64,000 nt of DNA from Antedon mediterranea (GCF_964355755.1 NC_092673.1:2914001-2978000), one strand, 5' to 3'. Counted from the first letter of the stretch, positions 41,901-61,334 are shown. Made by a program: numbers and translations. The notes: generated by a model not told the origin, from the letters alone.

Positions 41901-44775
41901 ATCTGTTTGTCTATAGTCAGTTTTTATGTAAATCGATATAACATTTGTTTATTTTAATATTGTATCAATAACACGGCCGGTCGTGAGAAGTGTGTTTACA
42001 TTACGATAATTATAATTGTTTGTATACTAAGATTAGGACATCCTAAACAATCGACACTTATACAGATCCGCAAGTAGAGACAAAAACCATATTGCACAAA
42101 CCACTAATTCTTTAAGATTATATATTTCCGCTGGTATTTTTTGTTGTTTTAGTGTTCAGGGCTTAGGCCCATAGGAGCGTTTGGGAGCAGACTGATATTA
42201 TGTAAGACCTCTGTAAAAGGGAAATATAATAATTTTAATATACGTTGAATATTCATGAAATTAGCCCAGTTACTCTATTAAATACCTGTTAAATATGTCC
42301 ATACGTCTACCAAAATGACTATCATAGCCTAATATATTTAGTGTGAGTACCTTTATATTTTGTTGATTCTAGTATAGGCCTACATGTTGCATTCCGTGAT
42401 TCACGTAAAAGTGTTTCAATTAGATCTGTTCATCCCATAACACGAAAGCTATACATTATCAGGGAAGAGTGATCTGATATTATCATCACCATTTCATCAT
42501 GTTTTCATCACTCATTTTAATTTTGCATTAATTATTGAAAGAGAGTACGTCTAATTTATGGCACCTTTGGGCGCGGTTCTTGCTCGACTTCCCCTCGAAT
42601 TTAACTGATTTGTTAAAGCCAAACACAAACGAGCGGTAATAATGGTGAAACTATGTTATTTCTTATGATCACACACAACGCGGAGCGGACGGACGAGATA
42701 GATACAACAGATTCTACGTGGGACAAGCTACGCGGTTTTCCGCTTGCCGTTACCGTTCGATCGTATGAGTATATGGGCCTTTTTGACCATACAACGCGGA
42801 GCGGACGAGCGGTTTCGCTGGATAGATACAGGTTCTACATGAGACAAGATACGCGGTTACCGCTCGTCTGTATAAATTGGCCTTTAACCATCTGGGAATC
42901 AAGTTAATTGATAATTGTCGTCTGATTATTGACTACGCGTCATCGAATGCGCAATAGCGCTCACTTGGGACAACATTAATTAGGTTGTGAGTCGTGATGA
43001 TTTACTGTTCCTGCTGAATGGATGAAGGACCTTTAGCAAAGTTCATTTTAAACCGTCGTTTATTTTGATATTTCCCTTCCTCCTACTATAACTATACTGA
43101 CGTTAGTACAACCAAGGCAATCTAACAGGATGCTGAGCTCTGGAGATCAAACGGTTTATATATGGCTGCCTGCTACACGATGAGTTCCACGCCCCTTAAC
43201 AGACATCGCGCCTCCGGTGAATATGTATATAGTACTGTTGGTATTATTTGTCCTGTTGGTATTATTTGTCGCAGCCAGACATAAGATCAAAGGACTGACG
43301 AGGCAAACCCAGTTTCATGCTGTTCGATCTCAAAGACATGCATGCATCTAATCATTATTGAATATTCTGATCTTCTGTGAAGAAGAAATGTTAAGTCTAC
43401 CAAAACCATTACATCTCATGTTTGTGCAATGAAGTATGGTTGAGGTTGATAACCACACCAAATGATTTTTTTCACAGTATAGTTTAGGTAAACGATAAAA
43501 TTAAACCCGCACGTGTTTATTGCGTAGATATCTCTTGATGGATAAACAGTTCATATACGCGCCACTGATTGCGACGCGTCCTAATTGAAAAAAATATATC
43601 CTACATTTTACAGATATTCTGACTGATGACTTGGTTAGACAAGAAGATAACGAAGAACAACGGAAATATATGGGAGTCTGTAAGCTGAATAAGGAAAACG
43701 CTAAGGTAAGGTAGCTATGTTTAGTGGATGGGGAGAGTTCAGTCGTAATATTAAAGCGTGGCTCCCACCAGTGACGCAACGCAGCGACGTATTGACGCAA
43801 ATTGATGTATTGCGTAATCACAAGTGGGAACCGACGACGCAACAGTGCTGCAAACATCGCAGGTTTGATTTCATACAGGAGGGAGAAAACACAATTATTG
43901 GAAGGGCATTTTCGCACGTTGCGTCGCTAGTGGAAACAAAGCTTTAGCCATCTACCTTTCAGATAAAAACTTTTACAGTTTTGTTCAAAGTTGTTTATTT
44001 TCTAGCCTTCAAACAAATTTTTGTCCAACATTTGTAATATTCTGGAGATAACAATGGGATTAATGATGTGTTGTTGTTGTGAAGAAGATGACGTTGATGA
44101 CGTAGAAGATAAAGACATTGGAGATAATTACAAAGATAATGTTGAAGATAAGGCCAGGGGGACAATGATAGATCGAATGCAATATCAGGGAGTTGATGAC
44201 GATGATGATAATGCCGATGATACAGATGACAAGACACCTTTATGCATTGTTCATACACCGAACAATTTCAATTTAATCTAATGTAATAAATAATAATTTA
44301 TGGTAATCTATTTTTATTTAGCATCGCCGCTTGGATATTATCGTGTCTCCATGGGATGAGTATCACTGCGCGCTTGTACATTTCACAGGTTCTGACCATT
44401 TCAATCGCTCATTGAGGGCGCTTGCCATAAAGAAGGTTTGTTCAATTATTACCTACTGTATATTGTTTTTTTTTAAAGTGTACGATATCATTTATTATAT
44501 AACACCTAAATAAATTCCTGTCATTATATTGGACGATTGTGGGTCACATGGCGTGCAATAGTACGCACTATTAAACGATTAATTATTTGTATAATAATAT
44601 CTGTATTTAAATTCTGCAGGGTATGTCATTATCTGAGCATGCACTGAGGCATGGAGTGATACGAAGAGGCAAAGTAAAGGTTCATAATGGAACACCTTTA
44701 CCGGTCCACTCGGAGGAAGATGTGTTTACTCACCTTGGCTTGGAATACAGAACACCTCATGAACGCGATTACTAA
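2959..44775 (+). CDS. POLL: DNA polymerase lambda (family X; BRCT, 8-kDa lyase and Pol X catalytic domains), 587 aa
   Basis: Coding exons 2959-3696, 4264-4341, 4595-4702, 5137-5316, 5843-5971, 6322-6490, 43614-43705, 44322-44435 and 44620-44775; all GT-AG with consistent phases. Motifs [63 protein letters not shown] and GMSLSEHAL are colinear with human Pol lambda. Confidence 0.96.
3722..3925 (-). mobile_element. 3' end of a Rex1/Babar-like LINE with (TATCT)n tail
   Basis: Reverse complement closely matches about 29280-29492 (end of ORF2, 3'UTR, AATAAA, microsatellite tail). Confidence 0.75.
6559..6862. repeat. Minisatellite, about 43-45-bp unit, about 7 copies
   Basis: Unit aataactacgcaaatattcaaccaattggaacgctcgccttgg repeated head-to-tail. 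Confidence 0.9.
8325..8640. mobile_element. Non-autonomous element with a long terminal palindrome (possibly Crypton-derived)
   Basis: About 80-bp-arm hairpin centred on aactcggctttgcctcgtt. Its 5' part (aacacctatataaattcctgtca...gtgggtcacatggcgtgc) recurs at about 9960-10078 (-) and 44497-44595. Confidence 0.55.
9614..9921. mobile_element. MITE family B (TIR AGC(T/G)TGGTTCCCACTAG); young copy 9679-9859 nested inside a related copy
   Basis: TAA/TAA target duplication at 9676 and 9860. Near-identical 180-bp copies at about 15435, 15640, 15979, 17710 and 31248. Variants at about 12024-12566, 14527, 16834, 24718, 32740, 43755 and 44776; collapsed TIR pair at 19384. Confidence 0.88.
10171..10209 (+). 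ncRNA. Minimal type I hammerhead ribozyme motif (Penelope-like element remnant)
   Basis: GCA-CTGATGA-A-GGGC(tagtgtt)GCCC-GAAA-GC-TC-TGC gives both conserved core boxes, a 4-bp stem II, a palindromic AGCT mini stem III and a short stem I. Confidence 0.65.
11262..11333 (-). pseudogene. tRNA-derived (Asp-like, ATC loop) sequence embedded in a dispersed repeat
   Basis: A box TGGTCTAATGG, anticodon arm TCTGC-ATATCAA-GCAGA, GGTTCGAGCC B box and T5 terminator, but a defective acceptor stem. Second degenerate copy with shared flanks at about 20325-20497 (+). Confidence 0.7.
11495..11672. repeat. 14-bp tandem repeat (gaatgaaatgtttt)n
   Basis: Direct inspection; about 12 imperfect copies. Confidence 0.9.
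12105..12508. mobile_element. MITE family C (Harbinger-like) inserted in a family B MITE
   Basis: TIR AGGCCCATTTACACTAGGGCGATAAC and TAA/TAA TSD; carries two TGACGTCA. Other copies at about 28951-29757 (split by a LINE), 4725-4980 and 37236-37302. Confidence 0.85.
13177..13363. mobile_element. MITE family F
   Basis: TIR (A)GRCCAAWTTACACAGACGAGC with TWA flanks; further copies at about 17043-17221 and 42617-42883. Confidence 0.8.
15211..15363. repeat. 31-bp tandem repeat, 5 copies
   Basis: cttccgagtaggcctatgcctgctcgtatgc starts at 15211, 15242, 15273, 15304 and 15335. Confidence 0.95.
20051..20140. repeat. GC-rich tandem repeat of about 17 bp (gcgccgcggtagaataa), 5 copies
   Basis: Direct inspection. 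Confidence 0.85.
22122..22674. mobile_element. Non-autonomous Kolobok-like DNA transposon
   Basis: TIR AGATGTATTGTCCC...GGGACAATACATCT flanked by TTAA on both sides. A related left end sits at 18320 and a related right end at about 21303. Confidence 0.8.
23068..23283. repeat. GC-rich degenerate tandem repeat of about 30 bp
   Basis: Recurring gtt(c/g)aaccgccgtcaacccgcacgcg units. Confidence 0.8.
25480..26811. repeat. 50-bp satellite array, about 27 monomers, with higher-order structure
   Basis: Monomer cgattgtatcatctgcatcagctcatgtcatgtcaacatcgcatcctctt, with 45- and 46-bp deletion variants. Confidence 0.97.
29062..29492 (+). mobile_element. 5'-truncated Rex1/Babar-like LINE inserted in a family C MITE
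   Basis: ORF end MIGLELPSI...DASHPLH...[19 protein letters not shown] resembles the Rex1-type ORF2 C-terminus; followed by AATAAA and (TATCT)n. Confidence 0.75.
31070..31625. mobile_element. Old long-TIR element with a family B MITE (31248-31426) in its centre
   Basis: gaaagggggctttcaaattctttataattaagttaatta at about 31071 is inverted relative to about 31588-31624. Confidence 0.6.
31950..32185 (+). mobile_element. tRNA-derived SINE (Deu/Nin-like body)
   Basis: tRNA head with A and B boxes and GTC loop, then ctcggctgtaaatgagtacctg, and tail gggacctttacct. Confidence 0.65.
32949..33277 (-). mobile_element. Full-length tRNA-derived SINE (V/Meta-like central domain)
   Basis: Head gtggccgagcggttaag...ggttcgagg; body taaaccgtaggtcc...taaagaacc...gagtaggggttaccccggtg; AT-rich tail. 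Partial copies at about 47383-47580 (+) and 53041-53249 (-). Confidence 0.8.
33631..33770 (+). promoter_or_regulatory. TATA promoter with proximal CRE for the nested PKI-like gene
   Basis: GC box 33631-33640, inverted CCAAT at 33650 and 33663, TTACGTAA 33674-33681, TGACTAA 33704, TGACGTCA 33714-33721, TATAAA 33734-33739, and Inr-like TCATAC with its A at 33764 (30 nt from TATA). Confidence 0.75.
33939..34388 (+). CDS. Intronless PKI-like (cAMP-dependent protein kinase inhibitor-like) protein with two pseudosubstrate motifs, 149 aa, nested in POLL intron 6
   Basis: First ATG after the TATA/Inr, in strong context gaaATGG. Motifs R15-x-x-R18R19N20A21L22P and R112RRRNALPD; LRVPLLGL at residues 37-44. 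Non-repetitive sequence. AATAAA at 35116 and 35141. Confidence 0.8.
   Translation: MEEFGQDTTCYSERRMARRNALPNVMEGIEPNQLQNLRVPLLGLPNYTSDEEHDETCDLPHVTTSSSECFLSILSYDVANNKHNAADEHNVSIGGQHSNVMDKDIMNIPCYRRRRNALPDALAILDDKSRQRISSLGSKHRGKYGLRPW
38011..39360. mobile_element. Helentron/DINE-1-like (HINE) non-autonomous element
   Basis: Terminal hairpin GGTTATCC-GCAAC-GAA-GTTGC-A-GGATAACC after a T-rich site, and internal diverged repeats about 355 bp apart (38765 vs 39120). Confidence 0.55.
39675..40154 (+). mobile_element. 3' fragment of a CR1/L2/Crack-group LINE
   Basis: Translation [18 protein letters not shown]...[18 protein letters not shown]...KLKRHLL (one frameshift) is typical of the ORF2 C-terminus; followed by AATAAA and a (TTGA)n tail. 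Confidence 0.75.
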
Positions 44776-45791
44776 AGTAGAGACGCAACGCTACGACGTA
44801 ATTGACGCAAAGTGCTGTATTGTCTAACAAACATCGCAGGTTTGATTTCACGGTGGCGGGTGAAAACACAATTATTGGAAGGGCATGTTCTTACGTTGCA
44901 TAGTTTGCTTCGCTAGTGGGAACAAAGCTTTAGCTGCCAAAAATTCCTGTGTTTTGTAAACCAGTATACTAACTTTGACTGCTATTTCTCACTATGTGTT
45001 CGAGGAGCATTACACATATTGATAAACCAGTAGTAGACTGCAGAGTAGACTGTTTAACAAAAAGTTTATTTGGTGTAAATAATACATATTTGTAATTGAT
45101 AGAAACATCGTATATACTAACTATAATTAATAATTTTCTAATTTACCATTAAATGATGATATATAATTAAAATGAATTTATTCACGACTATCATGAATTA
45201 AAGATCAGTTTGAAAGCGTAATCTTTAATCTGAACGTTTGTGGTTTCTTGGCGGTTTTTATCGTGGAGATACACTAGCGTAACATTAGCTGAATGGAGTG
45301 TGAACTAGAGCTTCTTTCTTGACGCACGTCAAGTTAGCTAACTTTGTAGAGGGCGACAAACAAATATTTGTTCATATTCACTGAACAAAACGTTAATTTT
45401 GATCATAGCGAATTACATATTTGGGATTTATTGCACCTCCCTGAACAAACAATTGTTCAATTGGCAATTTTAATATCGCATAATATTAAATATAATTCTA
45501 GAGTGAGATTTTGTTTTGAGGACAATACATTTTTTAAAAATACATATTTTATTGTTCCTGGCTGATAACATTTATTGGATCCACACCTTTTTAACAGTGG
45601 CATACAGTCCATACAATTAAACAATTTAACGTTAAAAATATACAAAAACAAGAGAAAAGAAATATTTAAAAAACTTTTTCCATAGCCTAGATTAAAACTG
45701 TTTGTCGCCCTCTAGTTTTTCCTATTTCAAAAGATTTGATTTTGTATTGGGAATATAAATATGACATAAATTGAAAATTTTACCTCATTAA

Positions 45792-48700
45792 ATGACGCTT
45801 AGATCAGCAATGACTGCAACCGTAGATATCAGCAAAGCATTGAGATCAGTATTAGAACGAATTGAAGTGGCAAGTCTCAAAAGATCAGACGTAAATACCT
45901 TTCTATTTATTGATTCTAGCTAAGCCTAACTAACTAAAAGGGCCAGACTGTGGCCGGGTGCCAGCCAGGCCTAGTAGGTAGGCTAGGCCTGGCCTTGATT
46001 GACCCTGACAGTGACACTTTAAACTGGCTAAACTGCATTAGGGGTGTATGTAGGACCTGGAAACATCCACATGACATTATTAGTAGGCCTTTTATGTATA
46101 ATGAACAAATCAAAGTGGACCCCAAAGAATCAACACAAAACAATCCCCATAAATGAACGAATTACGCGTAGATAGTAGACACACAGCGAAATATTGGTTG
46201 GGGTAATTTGTCATTTGTTTATTGGGGTTCGCTATGATTTAAATACATTGTCAGATGCTCACGCCAAATCGTATTTAGTAAAGTAAGTAAGTAATATTTA
46301 TTGCTTTCCAAATACAGTACAAATATATATAACAGTATAATGTAAATGCAATATAAAAAGAAACATTAAATATAAAAATACAAGACTAGACAAGAAAATA
46401 AGCATGGAAAGCAGGGGATGGCCCTTTAAGCCCAGAGGCTTGTTTCCAAAGGGGTCCCCAATTTATTAATTGATTAATTTCTACTTCCTTAGGGCATTCC
46501 AAAAATTGAACCTCGATTGGTTGCTGTGTCAAAGACGAAGCCTAAAGAAGTAATCCAGGTTGCATTCAACGCAGGGCAGCGTCACTTTGGTGAAAATTAT
46601 GTGAGTTAAATTATACACATAAAAATTAAAAATAATGCTATCGTTATGCAATCCATCCACCATTTTAAATTCTGTCTACACTATCAAACTAGTTTGACAA
46701 AAAAAGTGATGTGGCCAAATATTGCAGTGATATGACATCGTCATGTCCATATATGGGCACATCACATTATTTTGTCACACATAGTTTGATAGTGTGGACA
46801 GAGCTTTAGGAAACATCGTGATTAATATTTGCATTATTTGTGTAAAGGTTCAAGAAATACTTGAGAAGGCATGGGATGAAAATGTGCAAGAAACTTGTCC
46901 AGACATCAAGTGGCATTTTATTGGACATTTACAGACAAATAAAGTGAAGAAACTTCTAGGTAGGTACACATTTTCACAATAAATGTAATTTTAATGTCAT
47001 TTTTGTTTGATTCTGTATTGTGTTTTGATTTTTATGTTCTTTCCATATTTTTTTAATACTTTTTTTATATTTTTATAACATGTAAATACAACGCTTTCAG
47101 CTTCTGCTGTATTTTTTGTATACCGCAATAAATAAATAAGATTATTTTGAACAATATTCCATATTCATTCAACACTTTTTATTAAAACTTTAACAACTTA
47201 AAGGTGTTTTTCAAAATAAATTGTGAGTGCATGCGCAAACTTTTAATATGTTCTTGCTCAGCCGATTGTCTGACAAAATGTCATCTATGTTTTATTTTGA
47301 TGATGTCATCATGTTAAAAATTTGTAATATAGGTGGGACACTATAAACATTATGCACATTGTCACAGAATAACATACATCACCTGGTTCTGGTGGTAGGT
47401 CCAGTGTACACAACTAGCTCATGTGCATTTTAAAGAACCTAGTACGTCTTTCGAGACGAGTAGGGGGTTACCCCGGTGTATTAGTACATCACAGCCACTG
47501 ATCATCAACTGGACCCTCTGGGAGACCAGTCATTGACTGAAGAAGTTACCCAGTATAAATATATATTTCAATCAATCAATTGTATGTACAGTATTCTGTA
47601 TAAATAGTAAACTGTATAAATAGTAAACTGTATAAATAGTAAACTGTATAAATAGTAAACTGTATAAATAGTAAACTGTATAAATAGTAAACTGTATAAA
47701 TAGTAAACTGTATAAATAGTTTTCTCTCTAAACGGTAGATATACCAAACTTGTATATGGTTGAAACGGTCGATAGATTTAAACTAGCCAAAGAAATTGAC
47801 AAACACTGGGGATTGTTACAACGACCTCAGAGGTTAAAGGTCATGGTTCAAGTAAACACAAGTGGTGAAACAAGTAAGTTTAATTGCAGATATTGTCTGC
47901 CCCCACCCAGGAGTTTCACAATAATTGAATCATCTCCTGATTGGGTAAAACAAATTAGCACACCCATTGTTTTGATACTGCAAATGCCTTATTTTGTTCA
48001 ATAGCACCCTCTATGGTTTGGTGTATTTTTAAAGTTGTCATTATGCCCTCTATTGTTTGGCAATGCTTTCATGAAGTCTCCTGATATTTTTCATATAAAG
48101 AATGTTTATTTTTCTTTAGATAAAAATGGTGTAGCACCTGACAATTGCTGCACCCTTTATGAGGAAGTGAGAGAAAAATGTTCAAACCTAGAAACAGTTG
48201 GTTTGATGACTATTGGTGCATTTGACCATGACCTTAGCACTGGACCGAACCCTGATTTTCAGGTAACTTAATGTTATACATTTATCACTCCCAAATACCG
48301 GACTCTATAAAGACCAGAAACTCTCCCAATACCAGACACTCTCCCAATACCAGACACTCTCCCAATACCAGACTTTTCTTGAGGTTCAAAATGTCCCAAA
48401 TTCATTTTTACCATTAAATACACGTTCTGAATACCAGATTTTCCAGAAAACCAGACATAGTACGCCAGCCCAAAGGTGTCTAGTATTTAGAGAGTTGACT
48501 GTACAAGTTATTAAAGAAATGTATGGATTACAGTGTTCATAGCTGATATACAATTTATTTTTAAATATGTGTTTATTAAATTGAACGATAAATTGTTTTC
48601 CTTTTAGTGTCTTTTACAATGCCGTGAAAATGTTTGCAAGAAATTTAATCTAACTTCTGACCAGGTAGAACTTAGTATGGGAATGTCTAATGACTTTGAA

Positions 48701-49366
48701 CATGCAGTAAGTAACTACATACAAATTGGCGTATTTCTTAAGCTCTGTCTACAACTAGTTTGACAAAAAAAGTGTGATGTGCCCAAATGTGGTAGTGTTA
48801 TACCCAAATATGGTAGTTATTTACCCAAATATGCACATCACATTTTTTTTTCATAATGTTTGATAGCATAGACAGAGCTTTAAAACTAAAATATTATTTT
48901 TTTGTTATAAATCTAACTCTGAACCCATTTTTCAACAGCAAAACCTCAAGAGTTAGCTTGTAAATTGTGTAAAAAAACTTGTTTACACACAATCTTATTA
49001 CTGTACTATAAACCTTCTAGATGTATACAACTTATATGGTTGTACTGTATGTGCTAAATCCTTTATTTTTGTGTGATTACAATACCCCAGATACCAATAT
49101 ATTGTGATAATAAATTCATCACTTATATATTTCAGATAATCCATGGAAGTACAAATGTCAGAGTAGGTAGTACTATATTTGGCGCTAGAAACTATGGGCC
49201 CAAAAGCGAGGAAAAACAAATAACCGGCAACGAATTAAAGGACAAGAACGTACTACCCAAGAACGAGGAGATATCGACAACCAGCAACGACGAATTAAAG
49301 AATGCTACACAAACAAATCATATATCAAATCAAGTTGAAAAACTAGATATAAATGATAGTAAATAA
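45792..49366 (+). CDS. PLPBP: Pyridoxal phosphate homeostasis protein (YggS/PROSC family), 308 aa
   Basis: Exons 45792-45890, 46493-46600, 46848-46959, 47739-47873, 48120-48262, 48608-48706 and 49136-49366. Motifs [10 protein letters not shown] (PLP lysine), [37 protein letters not shown] and [13 protein letters not shown]. Confidence 0.97.
47596..47720. repeat. 16-bp tandem repeat (ctgtataaatagtaaa)n, 7-8 copies
   Basis: Direct inspection; ends about 18 nt before the PLPBP exon 4 acceptor. Confidence 0.92.
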
Positions 49367-50250
49367 ATAAAATGGTTTTTTTAATGTAGATATGTTAAAT
49401 ATAAATGATTTTCAATGCAATACGAGTAGTTTAAGAATAAGGCAGGAACAACCAATCATATTGAGGATTGAAGTTATTATGTGTGCTAATAGTATATATA
49501 TATATATTGACATAATACTGCTTGAAGGTTTGCATGGCGAAATCAAATGTTATATAAAGTTTGCGGTACACCACATATATTAGTTCTGAAATGAACTGTT
49601 GAGTTTCTCTCCATTTCAGAACTAATATATGTGGTGTACCATAAACTTTATATCTACGCCATATTCTGCGTTATCATTACTGTGTCATAGAACCAAGTTT
49701 CATAAAATAACTAGGAAAAATACCTAAAATATTTTCTTTCCAGAATTCAGTCATTATGTACCAATATTGCTATGTTTATACTGCATATATATGACCATAC
49801 ATTAGAATATACCTGCTTCTTTTATTTAAAGAACATGATTAAACAACTTGATTAGATATTAGAATTACTGCAATAAGGTATTATATTACAAATGTGTACC
49901 AAAGATCTTAGTAGTAAATTGTAAGATTATTTATCATCCTCTTGCTCTAGTTTCTCAAAACAGTAATTTCATCTTGTAGGCCTAATACCAATACTGTATA
50001 TTCTGTCTGTTGTTATTTTTTGTGTTGAAATATCAAGTGTTGTTGTGTTCGAAATGAACCAAGAACTACAGAATTAAATCTATTATTTATATCAACATAC
50101 TTATGCTCTGGTGTGATATTATTTTCATTCTCATGTAAAATGTAAAATTAGTTTATGGCAAAATGATATTTATAAATCATTTTAACTTTCTTGTATATAC
50201 TCGAACCATGTACACTTATAACTGCAATTAACTTGGTGTGTAGTTTTAAT

Positions 50251-50647
50251 TCCAGGTTACACTTGTAAGAACCAGTAACCAAATCATGTTCTAAACTCCA
50301 ATGAAACCAATTTTACTGAGTTATCATACAACCAATAAACCAGTTACTACAATTAACTGGTTTTAATTGGCTTTTAACTGGAATTTTCTCCTGGGTCTGT
50401 GATAGTAGTTGATTGGTAGTTTTAATTCCAGTTCAAAACCAGTTAATTGTAGTAACTGATTGATGGTACAATAACTACCGACTGAGAACAAATACCAAAG
50501 TCCAGTTAAAATTCCAGTTATTGAAGTAGCTGGTTTAGTAGTAGTACGATAACTGTTTAAAACAGGTATTTAAGCATCCAATTGGTCCCAGTAGACTGTA
50601 GGGTTTAGAACATTAAGGTTACTGGTACTTATATGTGTCAACTGGGA
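50251..50647. mobile_element. Non-autonomous TIR element with CCCAG-type ends (possibly EnSpm/CMC)
   Basis: ccaggttacacttgtaagaaccagtaacc is inverted with ggttactggtacttatatgtgtcaactggg; many internal aactgg/ccagtt motifs. Confidence 0.55.
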
Positions 50648-51779
50648 ACCGCTCAAGGACTAATTTTAGAGGTAAAAAAATCTCTGAGCTAAAGCCCAGA
50701 AGTTTTTCTTTCTTTTCAATAATACAATACTGTACCACACAAACATCAATGCATAATGATTGATTAAAGGTCTGATTCTGATCTTATATTTCAATATAAC
50801 ATGACGACAATGCAATACAGACACATAAGCACATAATTTAAGTTTCTTTATGGGTGATTTTAATTTACAAAATTCCAATACAATAAGCTACTGTATTATG
50901 TACGACATTGCTAGTAGCTTGTACTACAAGTACTGACACAGTTATAAGCCCATACTGTAAGCACCAACCCAGTTACAAGCCCAGTCATATTTTAAATATC
51001 TATTTCTGTACTAAAAACAACACAAAATGCACAAAACACAACTTGGATTTTACTCTTGTTTATATTTCTGCCAACAATTAAATTGTAATACATTATTCAT
51101 GTTCACAGTTTTCTTTATCTGATAAGTGTTTTATTTACTAAATGTTATACACCCCAAACATGGTAACCAATAGCTGGAATTTCAAATAAATCTATATCAT
51201 TGTAAGACCAACAGAAGAATTAGTTTAGTAGATAATGTATATTTATAACAGATGACAAAAAGCATCATCAACTTGCTTATTTACACTGTAGATCTCAAGA
51301 ATTAAATATTGAATATATTTCGTACATTGCAAGCTGGTTAACTTATTTAAATTGTTTCTTTTTTCAGAATAGGATATTCTTTAATACTCCTAGTGTTCTA
51401 CAAACTCATATTTAACAATATTTATTAAATTATTTATACCAATTGCTTAATCAATTATAAAATATAGCAATGTTGAACTAGAAATGCAGACTGTATGCCT
51501 GATAAATGTAAATATGGAAAAGGAAATGTGGGTAACAACAAAGACAAAACAAGACACATTATAATGTATTTGCAATACAACTAGTTTGATGCAATGTATT
51601 AAGATATAAATCCAATATAATAAACATTGTATTATTTGAGAGTTGTATCCTTTACCCCAAAACACCCCCACAACAAACCGCTACAATAAACTATATTTCT
51701 TAGGGTGCCTTGTTTGTGGTAGGACGACTGGGGCGATTCAAGATGAGGAGATTCAAGAAATTATATTGTAGTCACTTGG

Positions 51780-60157
<8,378 letters not shown>

Positions 60158-61334
60158 TTTGTATAATTTTATATAATTTATTTTATTCTACTTTATCAGA
60201 ACTCACATGTGTGTAAAGACAACACGCTGATGAAATTTCTTTTTCGCGAGAAGGATTGAAATAGAGGGCGCACTTGACAATCGTTGCCGGCACATATTCG
60301 ATTTTTTTACAAAAAGTAATATAAATTTGTGTTTTTAATCATCATCAGATCTAAAATTATGATAAACTACTTTGACTACTATATTCCTGATAAAATATAG
60401 GTAATTATTTGAAGGTATGAAATATAACTGTATACTAAAATAACAAAATACATTATATAATAAACCTACAACTGTCTGGCAATTAAAGAAAGTTCTAGTA
60501 AATTTAAAGGGCATGCATGACCTGGATACATGAACAATGCTTTATTATTATATGACGCAACAGTAGTTGACTATTGGTTGCAAGTGAAACTCAACTGCAC
60601 AATATTGGACATTTTGAGTTAATATTGATACAATAGCATAAAATCTGATTGAAGCACATATTATTCATAAATTGGTTCCATTTCCACTGTCTACACTATC
60701 AAAACTTTATGCGACAAAAAAAATGTGATGTGCCCATGGACTTGGTGATGTCATTTCACATATTTGGGTATATCACTACCATAATTTGGGCATATCACAT
60801 TTTTGTTGTCACAGATTGATAGTGTAGAAAGAGCTTAAGAAAAAAAGATTGAAGACAAGACACGGACAAATTTAACATAATAAATATGTAAAACAAATTC
60901 ATAATTTCAATCCAATTTATTATATATAATACATTGTTTGTTGATATTGCTCTAATGATGGGCAGACTGATGACAAGACATAGAAATTACTGAATCCTCT
61001 TCGCCAACCCACAACACTACAATAGCTAAAACGTAGTGTATTATTTCAGTAAAGTAACTCTATTTATTATTTTTAAAGACTTCACCATTTGAAAAACATT
61101 TATAATTTAAGATTTTAAATAATAGATGTTACACAGCTATTAACAGTTACTATAATTTAAGTGTGACACAGTAGAGTCGTAAGTAAATTTAATAAAAATT
61201 GAATACAACAGGAGCATTGTGCATTGTGGTACTCTATGTGTACAAACAGCCTGCTTTTGTTTTTATGATTATATATCTTGCCTAAATTTATTCATTAAAA
61301 TCAACATTCAATTTCTATCGATCACTCCTCGCAA

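Noticed and set aside
43995-44281. Asp-rich and His-rich ORFs in POLL intron 7
   Set aside because: Degenerate (GAT)n low-complexity sequence; POLL exons 7 and 8 join correctly without it.
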